Positions 37,899 through 47,139 of a DNA stretch of 64,000 bases are shown here, one piece after another. This stretch comes from Armatimonadota bacterium. Lineage in GTDB: Bacteria; Armatimonadota; Zipacnadia; Zipacnadales; JABUFB01. Both the position numbers and the translations under genes were made by a program. Numbering within the stretch: the stretch's first letter is position 1; every line of letters begins with the position of its first letter. The stretch is from positions 3,189-67,188 of the forward strand of contig JABUFB010000019.1 in the NCBI GenBank assembly GCA_013314775.1, given 5' to 3'. The notes below the pieces were generated by a model. It saw nothing but the letters and a program-made list of their open reading frames with translations. It was not told the DNA's origin and did no database searches.

Positions 37899-38627
37899 TT
37901 GCTCGTCATTCCAGCAATCGATATTTCGCAAGGCCAGTGTGTTCGCCTGCAGCAGGGCGACATGAACCGAAAGACCGTGTTTGGCAACGATCCTGCCGAA
38001 GTCGCAAAGAGGTGGGCAGATTGCGGAGCCGAGGTCATTCACGTGGTTGATCTTGACGGTGCGGTGGGGGGGAGCTCCGCCAATCTCGAAGCCGTCAAGG
38101 CTATCGTCGAGCGCGCCGGAGTGCCCGTGGAACTCGGCGGAGGATTGCGGACGCTCGAGGATGTCGGCCGCGTCCTGGACATGGGGGTCCAGTGGGCGAT
38201 CATGGGCACCGCCGCGCTGGAGAACCGAGACGAGTTGGCGGCATGTCTCGACCAGTTTCCCGACCGGATCATCGTCGGCATCGACGCGCGGGACGGCCGG
38301 GTGGCGGTGAAGGGGTGGGTAGAGACCAGCGGAGTCAGCGCCATCGATTTGGCCCGAGATGTGGCAGAGATGGGCGTGAAGCGCGTGATCTTCACCGACA
38401 TCGCCACCGACGGCATGCTGGCCGGACCGAACCTCACCAGCACCCGGGCCATTGCGGAAGCCGCGCCACTCGAGGTCATCGCCTCCGGCGGCGTCACCAC
38501 CCTCGACGATATCCGCGCGGTTCGCATGCTCGAACCCTCCGGGGTTGTGGGTTGCATTGTGGGCCGGGCTCTATACAGCGGCACCATTGACTTGACCGAA
38601 GCGATCGCGCTTGCGACAGAGTTCTGA
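37899..38627 (+). CDS. hisA: ProFAR isomerase
   Basis: IPAIDI..GQCVRL.QGD, HVVDLDGA, GGGLR, TDIATDGMLAGPN, IASGG. Confidence 0.97.
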   Translation: MLVIPAIDISQGQCVRLQQGDMNRKTVFGNDPAEVAKRWADCGAEVIHVVDLDGAVGGSSANLEAVKAIVERAGVPVELGGGLRTLEDVGRVLDMGVQWAIMGTAALENRDELAACLDQFPDRIIVGIDARDGRVAVKGWVETSGVSAIDLARDVAEMGVKRVIFTDIATDGMLAGPNLTSTRAIAEAAPLEVIASGGVTTLDDIRAVRMLEPSGVVGCIVGRALYSGTIDLTEAIALATEF

Positions 38628-38686
38628 CCGAGTTCTTCCGGCACCAGCGGGTTACCGCCAGCAGCCAAAGCGGCCAGATACACCTG

Positions 38687-40000
38687 ATGGAGGACAAACG
38701 AATGACCATTGTCAAAGTCGAGCGGCTGTCCGACCTCACCCCCGAACGCCGGCAGGCAATCCTGAGCCGCTCCATGGAGGAGATTGGGGACGTCTTCGAC
38801 AACGTGCGCCAGATCTGCGAGGACATCCGCAAGCGCGGAGATCAGGTCTCTCTGGAGCATTACAAGAAGCTCAAGGAAGATATCGTGCCGGCCGATCTGA
38901 AGGTGACCCGCGCTGAGATCGATGCCGCTTACGCACAGGTTGGCGACAAGGTCGTCGAGCAACTCAGGTTCGTGGCCGCAAACATCGAGAAGTTCCACCG
39001 CGCCCAGTTCGAGCGAGACATGTGGTCTGTGGAGATTGCTCCGGGCATACTGGCCGGGCGCATCACCCGGCCCATGGACAGTGCGGGCTGCTACATCCCG
39101 GGGCGCCAGGCGAACTACCCCTCCAGCGTTCTCATGACCATCATCCCGGCCAAGGTGGCGGGGGTGCAGCAGATCGTGGCCTGCACTCCGCCCGACACCG
39201 GTATGGTCGCCAACAACACCTCACTGGTTGCCGCGGACATCGCCGGTTGTGCCGATATCTTCAAGATCGGCGGCCCGTGGGCAGTTGCGAGTATGGCCTA
39301 TGGTACCGATCTGGTACCCAAGGTGGACAAGATTGTGGGACCGGGCAACAAATATGTGACTGCTGCGAAAATGGCGGTCTTCGGCTCCGTTGCCATCGAC
39401 TCCCCAGCGGGCCCCAGCGAGATCTTGATTTTGGCCGACGACACCGCTAACCCCGAGTGGATTGCGATGGATTTCTACTCGCAGGTCGAGCATGACCAGG
39501 ACGCCGCCGCGGTTCTCGTCACCCCGGACGCCGGTCTTGCACAGGCTGTTGCTGACGCGATCAATGACAAGTTCAAGACCATCGCCCGGCGCGAGATACT
39601 CGCCCCGGCGCTGGAGCACAATTCGGCGATTCTCGTGGCAGACACCATGGATGACGCTATCGATTTCACCAATGAGTACGCCACCGAGCATCTCGAGGTG
39701 GTCACCCGCGACCCCATGCTCATGCTCCCGCGCATCAAGCACGCGGGCTCCATCTTCCTGGGGCCATACGCCCCGGTACCGGTAGGCGACTACGCCTCCG
39801 GCACCAACCACGTCCTGCCTACCGGCCAGTGCGCGCGGATGTTCAGTGGCCTGTCTACCGATGATTTCATCAAGAAGCCGACCTGGCAATTCCTGTCCAG
39901 GGATGGCCTGAAGCACCTGTCCGAGGCCGTTCTAGTTCTTTCCGAGGCCGAGGGCCTGCCGTTGCACGGCGAGACCGTGCGGGTGCGGCTGGAGGAGTAG
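38687..40000 (+). CDS. hisD: Histidinol dehydrogenase
   Basis: YPSSVLM, KIVGPGNKYV, AGPSE, SQVEHD, TEHL, GDYASGTNHVLPT. Confidence 0.95.
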   Translation: MEDKRMTIVKVERLSDLTPERRQAILSRSMEEIGDVFDNVRQICEDIRKRGDQVSLEHYKKLKEDIVPADLKVTRAEIDAAYAQVGDKVVEQLRFVAANIEKFHRAQFERDMWSVEIAPGILAGRITRPMDSAGCYIPGRQANYPSSVLMTIIPAKVAGVQQIVACTPPDTGMVANNTSLVAADIAGCADIFKIGGPWAVASMAYGTDLVPKVDKIVGPGNKYVTAAKMAVFGSVAIDSPAGPSEILILADDTANPEWIAMDFYSQVEHDQDAAAVLVTPDAGLAQAVADAINDKFKTIARREILAPALEHNSAILVADTMDDAIDFTNEYATEHLEVVTRDPMLMLPRIKHAGSIFLGPYAPVPVGDYASGTNHVLPTGQCARMFSGLSTDDFIKKPTWQFLSRDGLKHLSEAVLVLSEAEGLPLHGETVRVRLEE

Positions 40001-40041
40001 GAGGGACGGCTGGCGCCCCAATAACTGTGAGGTGACTGCGC

Positions 40042-41184
40042 GTGATTACCCGCATCTACATCGACAACTACAAGTGCTTCAGCAACTTCGAGTACCGCCC
40101 GGCTGCGAATGAGCTGTTGCTAGGGAGAAATGGTGTCGGCAAATCATCCGTGTTCGACGTTCTGAGGATGCTGCGTGGCCTAGTGTACGATGGCACCTCC
40201 ATAGCAGACTCTGACTGCCTGGGCTTGGGCACGCGCACCATCTGGGACACACGCGAAAATCAGTTGTTCGAGCTCGAGGTCGCCGGGAATGGCGGAGCCT
40301 ATCACTATTCGCTCAGCATCGAGTATGATGAGGAGAAAACACGGTCCCGGATAGGCGTCGAGGAGCTGAAGTTCAGCCCGAGGGACTCCGCAGAACTGCG
40401 CCTGTTCCGGCGTGAGCGCGACGAAGGTTGGCTGTTTCGCGACAACGGGAGCGACGGACCGGAGGTGAGGTTGGATTGGAATCGATCCGGTCTCTTCTCG
40501 ATCCAGCCACGACACGACAACACACGGCTGACTTGGTTCAAGGAACGCTTGGGCCAGACACACTGCATTCGCGTTGTACCCGCCCAGATGTCCGGATGGA
40601 CTGAACGCGAAGACGACGCACCAGACTCAACACTCTCAAACCTGTCTTCGTGGTATCGACACCTCAACCAGGAGGAGCCTCGTGTTCGAGACGCCCTCCA
40701 CCGCTCGCTGCAGGCCGTGATAGACGGATTCTCAACTTTCTCGTTGAGGCGCGTCACTGAGGAAGGCAGGCGCCTAGTCGTGGAACTGGAGTCGGAGGGC
40801 AGCCCGCACACCTACGACCTAAGCCAGCTTTCGGACGGGCAACGTGCCCTTATTGGGCTCTATACGCTCAGCGCATACGCGTCACAGTACCCTTCGAGCG
40901 CAGCCAAGTCGGTAACGCTGTGTGTGGACGAACCCGAGAACTTCGTGGCGCTCTCAGAACTCCAGCCCTGGATCCACGAGATGGAGGACTGCGTGGATGG
41001 CGAGCGAGTCCAATTGCTGCTTGCCTCCCACCATCCGGAGTTCATCAACCACTATGCGCATACAAGCGCGGTGCTTCTGTACCGCGTGAGAGGGGGGCCA
41101 ACCCGGGTAAGGGCTTTCGATGGGGCCAACCCAGACGGCTTGGCACCTGCCGAGATTGTGGCACGGGGGTGGGAAGATGAGTAG
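40042..41184 (+). CDS. AAA_21/OLD-like ABC-family ATPase
   Basis: ITRIYIDNYKCF, Walker A GRNGVGKS, signature LSDGQ, Walker B LCVDEPEN, ASHHP. Confidence 0.85.
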   Translation: MITRIYIDNYKCFSNFEYRPAANELLLGRNGVGKSSVFDVLRMLRGLVYDGTSIADSDCLGLGTRTIWDTRENQLFELEVAGNGGAYHYSLSIEYDEEKTRSRIGVEELKFSPRDSAELRLFRRERDEGWLFRDNGSDGPEVRLDWNRSGLFSIQPRHDNTRLTWFKERLGQTHCIRVVPAQMSGWTEREDDAPDSTLSNLSSWYRHLNQEEPRVRDALHRSLQAVIDGFSTFSLRRVTEEGRRLVVELESEGSPHTYDLSQLSDGQRALIGLYTLSAYASQYPSSAAKSVTLCVDEPENFVALSELQPWIHEMEDCVDGERVQLLLASHHPEFINHYAHTSAVLLYRVRGGPTRVRAFDGANPDGLAPAEIVARGWEDE

Positions 41185-41710
41185 GGGGGCGGAAGTGGTT
41201 CTGCTGTGTGAGGACAAGCAGCACGATTGCTTCTTTCGTCGATTGCTCAAGCTACTAGGGTACGGGCGCATCCGAGTCAGGGAAGACTATCCTAAGGGGG
41301 GAGGAGAGGCCGGCGAGGGTTTCGTGCGTCGGGAGTTCGCGGCGGAAGCCAAATGGCAGCGGCGCAGAGCGTCCAGAATGAAGTGCGGCCTGTTGGTGGT
41401 CATTGACGCAGACTCTCGCAGCGTAGACCAGCGGCGCAACGATGTGCTGGGTCCGCTCGATCCACCCCGCGCCGCCAACGAGAATATAGCCATCTTCGTG
41501 CCGAAGCGTAACATCGAGACCTGGATCGCCTACCTGAAGGACGGCGTCGCGGTGGATGAAGTCTCGCCGTACCGGAGGTACCCTGGCTGCGAGAGCAAAT
41601 GTCATCCCGCTGTTGATCGCTTTCTCGAAATTGCCCGGACGGGGGTCCCCTCCGACTGCCCGGACTCGCTTTGCAGAACCATTCGAGAAGAGTACCCGCG
41701 TCTGCCCTGA
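41177..41710 (+). CDS. TOPRIM-like (DUF4276/RloB-like) partner protein
   Basis: ATG 41177 overlaps the ATPase stop; VVLLCED, VVIDAD and RNIETW acidic motifs. Confidence 0.65.
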   Translation: MSRGAEVVLLCEDKQHDCFFRRLLKLLGYGRIRVREDYPKGGGEAGEGFVRREFAAEAKWQRRRASRMKCGLLVVIDADSRSVDQRRNDVLGPLDPPRAANENIAIFVPKRNIETWIAYLKDGVAVDEVSPYRRYPGCESKCHPAVDRFLEIARTGVPSDCPDSLCRTIREEYPRLP

Positions 41711-41957
41711 TCACCGACGGGACTGCCCGATTCCACGGCGCTTGCTTGAGTTCGGCATTCCGAACCGAGATTGAGGAAAGCAATATTCCGCTCATTTGGT
41801 CGTCACGGCCGAGGACGTTGGAAGCCCTACCGCAAGAAGCTTGAGCTGTCACGGAAGCGTACTTCGACGCCCAATGCGGGCGGCTCTCTGCGTCACCGGA
41901 GAACACTGGCGTCTGAGCTATGTGGAACATCCAGCGCCTGCCATCTGACGAACCGTG

Positions 41958-43115
41958 CTATTCCTCTTCCTGACGTGACCGCGCCTGGACCATGCGCGCG
42001 ATGGCCTGATGGTCCCACCAGATGTCCTGGAGGATCTGGCCGGCGATCTGCTGGGCACTTGGCAACGTTTGTGCGGACAGCCACGGCTCGATGTTTGGAC
42101 GGGTGATTGAAGCCCGGAATACCATGACATCCTGCTCTCGGCCGCTGTCGTCGGGAACGCGGGCAAGAGCGCGAACAATGAGGGTACCCAGTCCCTGTTC
42201 GGTGCGCATGGCATTGACACCGGCATAGAATGCGGCGATGAGCAACTCGTTCTCAAGTCGTCCGAGGTCGGAGGTGGGCGGCATTGAGATGGTCAGGATG
42301 CCGAGCCCGGCGTACTCGTCGAAGGCCATCGCGGTGGCTTTCGCGGACAGGCCGCCTGCCCCCGCGCGTTCGAGATGGAGCTGTGACATGATCCGCCGGT
42401 CTACATCGCTGGCCACGGCGGACGACGCCCGCTGCACTCGCTGTCCCTGAGGGCGCTGAACGGGTGGATTCGCGCTTGAGCCGCCCACCGGACTGCGATA
42501 TTGCGGCCCGCTTGCGGTGGGCACGGCAGCCGAGCCAAGAGGGGGCCGCGTTGTGTCCGGCAGCGGGCCCGCCGGCCCCGGAGCCACGGGCGCGGATACA
42601 CCTTCCGCCTGCGTGGCGACCTCCGCATCCGTGGCGGTCGGCGTATATTCCAGCTCCTGGGCGCCGCCACCATTCGCGGCCCTGACGAGAAGGAGACCGA
42701 GAATCGGTATCATCAGGATGCCCAGTATGACCGCGACGATCACCCACGTGGGAGTCCAAGCCTTGCGGGCAGGGGCTGGAGCTACGATCGGGGGGGACAC
42801 CACTGGGGCCTCATCACCGCGGATTGCATGACGCCGCGCTGCGGCAAGGCGCTCCATGACGGCTCGGTCGAAGTTCAGGTCCAGCGCGCGCTCATAGAAA
42901 TCCACCGCTTTCGGCCAGTCGCCGGTTCCCGCGTACGCGTCACCCAGCACCGCCCACGCGGCGCCGCTCTCCGGGTAGCGTTCGACAATACTCTCACACA
43001 GGCCAACGGCGGAGTCGAACTGGCTGGCACGTATGAAGGTCTGCGCCTGAGCGATCTCTTGCTCCAATGTAGCGTGCGACCGGGTCTCTTCGGACAAGTA
43101 CCACACCTCCGCCAA
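41958..43115 (-). CDS. TPR-containing bitopic membrane protein
   Basis: N-terminal TPR (AWAVLGDAY...AVDFYERAL), one TM, Pro-rich linker, C-terminal domain. Confidence 0.7.
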   Translation of the reverse strand: MAEVWYLSEETRSHATLEQEIAQAQTFIRASQFDSAVGLCESIVERYPESGAAWAVLGDAYAGTGDWPKAVDFYERALDLNFDRAVMERLAAARRHAIRGDEAPVVSPPIVAPAPARKAWTPTWVIVAVILGILMIPILGLLLVRAANGGGAQELEYTPTATDAEVATQAEGVSAPVAPGPAGPLPDTTRPPLGSAAVPTASGPQYRSPVGGSSANPPVQRPQGQRVQRASSAVASDVDRRIMSQLHLERAGAGGLSAKATAMAFDEYAGLGILTISMPPTSDLGRLENELLIAAFYAGVNAMRTEQGLGTLIVRALARVPDDSGREQDVMVFRASITRPNIEPWLSAQTLPSAQQIAGQILQDIWWDHQAIARMVQARSRQEEE

Positions 43116-43169
43116 TCGCGTTGCGGTTGCCGGCCGACCGACATTGGGGCCGCAGTCAGGTCGGTCCTT

Positions 43170-43694
43170 TCAGTCCTCGAGCGACCCCAAATGCTCCACC
43201 TCCGCGGGCCATTCGCCTTTTGTGTCGCCCACCCTTGGTTGGATATCCTTCTCCATCCGGACTCGGGCGATGCGGTAGCCGCAGTGCTTGTAGAGCGCCA
43301 CTGCTGACTCGTTGCAGCAACTGGCATCAAGGCTAAGGCGTTCCACGCCTCTTTGAAGGCACCAGGTCTCGGCGAAACCCAGGAGCATCTTGCCGTAGCC
43401 CTGCCCACGGATGTCCGGCGCGACGTATATATTCTTGATGTATCCAATGCACGGATCGACCATTGTGGCGATCAGTGACAGCCACAGGAAACCGAGGGTG
43501 CGCCGCCCGTCTTCCAGGACAAAGAGACCTTCTGTGGCGTCGTTACGGTACGATCGCCGTAGTTGCTCGCCGTAGTCCCGAAGGAACTGGGCATCAGCAA
43601 CAAAGCCCGGGAAGTTGGTTTCGTAGATTTCGCGCTGGAACTCGACCACCGCCCGGCCATGCCTGCGCCAGTCAAACGGCCTGATTTGAACCAT
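43170..43694 (-). CDS. GNAT-family N-acetyltransferase
   Basis: MVQIRPF start; IYVAPDIRGQGYGK; NESAVALYKHCGY. Confidence 0.85.
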   Translation of the reverse strand: MVQIRPFDWRRHGRAVVEFQREIYETNFPGFVADAQFLRDYGEQLRRSYRNDATEGLFVLEDGRRTLGFLWLSLIATMVDPCIGYIKNIYVAPDIRGQGYGKMLLGFAETWCLQRGVERLSLDASCCNESAVALYKHCGYRIARVRMEKDIQPRVGDTKGEWPAEVEHLGSLED

Positions 43695-43929
43695 GGTGTG
43701 ACTCCCGTGCTCTGGCTCGAAGTTACCCCCCGCCGGGGCCCCCTCAAACCACAACCGCCATCCTCTACACACATATTCGCGATCCCCTCCCATGTTCCTT
43801 GCGGACGCGACAAGACGGAAGGGAAAACGGGGTAGCGTGACGAACCAACGCCGCGCACAGGGGCAAAGTGGGTGCGCTCCGGCGCATGTTGAGCCCATAT
43901 AACGGCCCCGGAGAAAGGAAATCGCAGTC

Positions 43930-44934
43930 ATGGAACAACTGGGAATCGCCATCATCGGCCTGCGCATGGGATACGGGCATTTCCGTAATGCCCAGACCTT
44001 GCCGGGCACGAAACTTGTCGCCGTCTGCGATCTGGACCAGGATCTGCTCGCCCAGACCCAACGCGAGTTCGACGTTCCCTTCGCCACCACCGAGTTCGAG
44101 GCCGTGCTGGAGCGCGATGACGTGCATATCGTCTCCATCACCACCCCGGACCCCCTGCACCACCCGCAGACCCTTGCGGCCCTGGAAGCTGGTAAGCATG
44201 TGCTTGTGGAGAAGCCCATGGCCCTGAATGTGCAGGAATGCGAGGACATGGTCAACGCCGCCCGCGAACGCAATCTCAAGCTGATGGTGGCCCATGTCTG
44301 CCGCTTCTACAGCTTTTTCGAGCAGGTGAAGACCTGGTCGGAGGACGGAACCCTGGGCAAGCCGTACTACGTGGAGACCAGCTACATCCACAACTACGAG
44401 GACATCCCGGGCGTGGGCGACTGGCGCTGGGACCCGGAGAAGCGCCATCCTTTCGTGGGCGGGGCTTGTCACGCGGTTGATCTCGCGCGCTGGCTGGGCG
44501 GGGACATAGAGGAAGTCCACGCCTACGGCAACCACTTCAATATCCCGCAACAGAAGTGGGAAGACCATATAATCGCCAACGTGAAGTTCAAGAGCGGCGC
44601 GGTGGGCCGCATCATGAACTCCTCGGGCTGCCCGCGTCCGTACAATATCGAGTGCGAGGTCTGGGGAACCGAGGGGACTATCTGCGGGGACAATACCCGG
44701 GACGTGGCGCAACTGGCCCTGCGCACCACAGGCTACAAGAAGTGGCTGACGTACCCGAAGGAGACCATGGCCAAGGCCATCGCCAACGAGATCGGGCATT
44801 TCGTGGATTGCGTACGCAATGACAAGACGCCGCTGATCGACGGCGTTGACGGTGCGAAGACCATCGCGACCTGCTGGGCGGTCATCGAATCCATCGCCAG
44901 CGGCCAGCCGGTCAAGGTAAGGAATGAGTTCTGA
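43930..44934 (+). CDS. Gfo/Idh/MocA-family oxidoreductase
   Basis: IAIIGLRMG, TTPDPLH, GKHVLVEKPMA, GGACHAVD. Confidence 0.9.
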   Translation: MEQLGIAIIGLRMGYGHFRNAQTLPGTKLVAVCDLDQDLLAQTQREFDVPFATTEFEAVLERDDVHIVSITTPDPLHHPQTLAALEAGKHVLVEKPMALNVQECEDMVNAARERNLKLMVAHVCRFYSFFEQVKTWSEDGTLGKPYYVETSYIHNYEDIPGVGDWRWDPEKRHPFVGGACHAVDLARWLGGDIEEVHAYGNHFNIPQQKWEDHIIANVKFKSGAVGRIMNSSGCPRPYNIECEVWGTEGTICGDNTRDVAQLALRTTGYKKWLTYPKETMAKAIANEIGHFVDCVRNDKTPLIDGVDGAKTIATCWAVIESIASGQPVKVRNEF

Positions 44935-45000
44935 AGGTACGGGCCGCTCTGATCTGGGGTATGTCAAGGGCCCGGCGGAAGTGTACAGCCGCATCTCGAC

Positions 45001-45292
45001 CGTAGCCCCCGCAGGGCGCCAGCCATTTGCCAGAAGGCTCAGCTGGTGGGATCAGGCTCTGCGACCGCGGATGAGCCCCGAAGAGGTGCTAGAGATTCTC
45101 TGGGTCTGCCGCCCCTTCGGGGCTCTCCATTTCCATGTGCGCCGATCCCACGGGTTCCGTTGCGCTTCGCCTCCACCCGTGGCTATCAGCTGCCACCCGC
45201 TATGCGGGCTGTGAGGCAACGCCCATGCTGACTCTCGGTTGCTGATCGGGCGCCGCACGGTCCTCGGCCGCCTGTCTCCCCTTTGGGGCTTT
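45001..45292. repeat. REP-like palindromic element cluster between convergent genes
   Basis: CTGCCGCCCCTTCGGGGCTC (45106-45125, shared with the 3.7-4.0 kb repeat), an inverted copy near 45073, and a CCCACGGG...CCCGTGGCTAT hairpin. Confidence 0.65.
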
Positions 45293-45331
45293 CCCGCGAT
45301 GGAGAGGCGGCAGGGTTGCTGCCGTGGTCCC

Positions 45332-47116
45332 TCACTCCGGCCATTTCTCCGGCCGGTACTTCATGATGACCTCGTTGGTCGTCGGGATGATCCCATACAG
45401 TTCCGGCCGGCGGCGGGAGAAGATCATCTCGCGCCAGCCCGGCTTCTGCTCCGGCATATCCTCGGTGAAATAGCTGGGGATGTCCCACTCGCCGCGTTTC
45501 GGCTGGTCCGCGCGCAGGCCCTCGTAGTACACCCGGCTTGCGCTGAAGTCGATGTCGTAGCTGATGACCCCCTCCTGCTGGAAGCCCGAGGACGCCATGA
45601 CCTGCCCGTACGGGTCGATGATCACGCTGCGCAGGCTGGCGTCCGAGGAGTTCCAGTGTGAGCAGGCCACCCAGAATGCATTGTCCGCGGCCCGAGCGCG
45701 CAGGAGCGTCTCATTCACACGGCCATTGGGTCCCCACATCTGGCTTGGGTCCAGCAGCAGCTCCACACCGTTCAGGGCAAGCGTCCGGTCCAGGAAGGGA
45801 GCATACAGGTCGCCGCAGGTGTGGGTGCTGATGCGCGCGAAGTCCGTGTCGATCCAGGTCAGTTCGGGGAACCCGCTGGGCCAGTAGATGGGTTGCCCGA
45901 ACACCTCCCTGCCTTGCCGGTCCCACAGGCGCGCGATGCTGATGAAGTCTTTGTCGCCCAGGCCGCCGATGAGGATATAGCAGCCGTATTCGCGGGCCTT
46001 CTCGGCGATGACCGCGAAGGCCTGCTGAGTGACCGGGTCCTCCGCCTTCGCCGCCTGCTCGGACGCCAGAATGATGTCCGGTTTGAGTTCCGCGGCTTTG
46101 TCGATGAGTTCGAACAGCCGCTGGGGAAGCTCCCCATCGCGCCAGATATTCTCGGAGTTCATGGCGATCACGGCCAGGCGCGCGGTGCGTTTCTCATACC
46201 GGGGAAGCTCCGGCGGTGACCACGGTTCGGCCACCGGGTGGAATGCTTTCCGGTCGCCGAGGACGTTTACGTAGAAGCAGTTCTCGTCCTTCTTCCAGCC
46301 TTTGTAAGGGTCCACCTTGCGCTTGTCCAGGTTCACGGTAGCGGTGGCCACGCCGTCCTCGAAGCCGGTGTCGGCGATTGGCACCCCAACGCGGTTCACG
46401 ATCATGCTCCGTCCCCAGGCAGCGCCCTGCATGCCGTAGTTGTAGCGGTTGCTGATATACGGGCGCGGGTCGGAATAGTGCGCGGCGATGAGGTGCGCGT
46501 GGCTGTCGACGGCCCGCGCGGTAAGGAGCGGCTCCCAGGTGCTGTGGTCCCGGAAGCGTTCGGGGAAATGCTGCCACAAGAGGATCTCCGCGCCCTTCAT
46601 GCGCAGGACCTCGTAGATCTCCGGAAAATAGAAGTCGGTGCCGATGGTTGCGCCGATGACGCCGAAATCGGTGGTGAACACCTCGAGATCGTCGCCGAGG
46701 GACAGGTCGTCGTCGGGCAGGGCGTGGGTCTTGCGGGACTTGAACGCCACCTTGCCTCCGCGGTCGAGAAGCACCGAGGTGGCATAGACCCGCTCCCCAT
46801 CGTCCTCAATCATCGCCAGGGCGAGGTAGGTGCGGTTGGCCGCGGCGAGCGTTCGGAAGGCAGAAAGGTCCTGTGCCTCGTGCCCCGTGCGGAAGGTGAG
46901 GAACGGCGTGTAGGGCAGCACCACGAGATCGCTGCCCGGTATTGCGCAGGCGCGTTCGGCCATCTGCAGGACGTACTCCGGGTTCTGGAACTCCTTGCCC
47001 TCCAGCAGGCACACGGAAGACAGGACGACGACACGGTCGGCGGCGTTGGCGGCCAAGATAGACCCTCCCAGCATGGCGATCAGAAGCAACCCTCGAATGG
47101 TTTGCATCGGTACCAC
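45332..47116 (-). CDS. Secreted tandem carbon-nitrogen hydrolase (nitrilase-fold) protein
   Basis: Signal peptide; two nitrilase-like halves (RKTH, DFYFPE, ARAVD, GRSMIV; and ASEQ, TCGD, ARAADN, SVIIDPYG); ends RRRPELY. Confidence 0.75.
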   Translation of the reverse strand: MVPMQTIRGLLLIAMLGGSILAANAADRVVVLSSVCLLEGKEFQNPEYVLQMAERACAIPGSDLVVLPYTPFLTFRTGHEAQDLSAFRTLAAANRTYLALAMIEDDGERVYATSVLLDRGGKVAFKSRKTHALPDDDLSLGDDLEVFTTDFGVIGATIGTDFYFPEIYEVLRMKGAEILLWQHFPERFRDHSTWEPLLTARAVDSHAHLIAAHYSDPRPYISNRYNYGMQGAAWGRSMIVNRVGVPIADTGFEDGVATATVNLDKRKVDPYKGWKKDENCFYVNVLGDRKAFHPVAEPWSPPELPRYEKRTARLAVIAMNSENIWRDGELPQRLFELIDKAAELKPDIILASEQAAKAEDPVTQQAFAVIAEKAREYGCYILIGGLGDKDFISIARLWDRQGREVFGQPIYWPSGFPELTWIDTDFARISTHTCGDLYAPFLDRTLALNGVELLLDPSQMWGPNGRVNETLLRARAADNAFWVACSHWNSSDASLRSVIIDPYGQVMASSGFQQEGVISYDIDFSASRVYYEGLRADQPKRGEWDIPSYFTEDMPEQKPGWREMIFSRRRPELYGIIPTTNEVIMKYRPEKWPE

Positions 47117-47139
47117 CCTCGTTCTTATTCAAAGGCCGA

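Noticed and set aside
41711..41957. Possible gene remnant after the ATPase/TOPRIM pair
   Set aside because: No recognisable motif in any frame; it cannot be supported without a database search.
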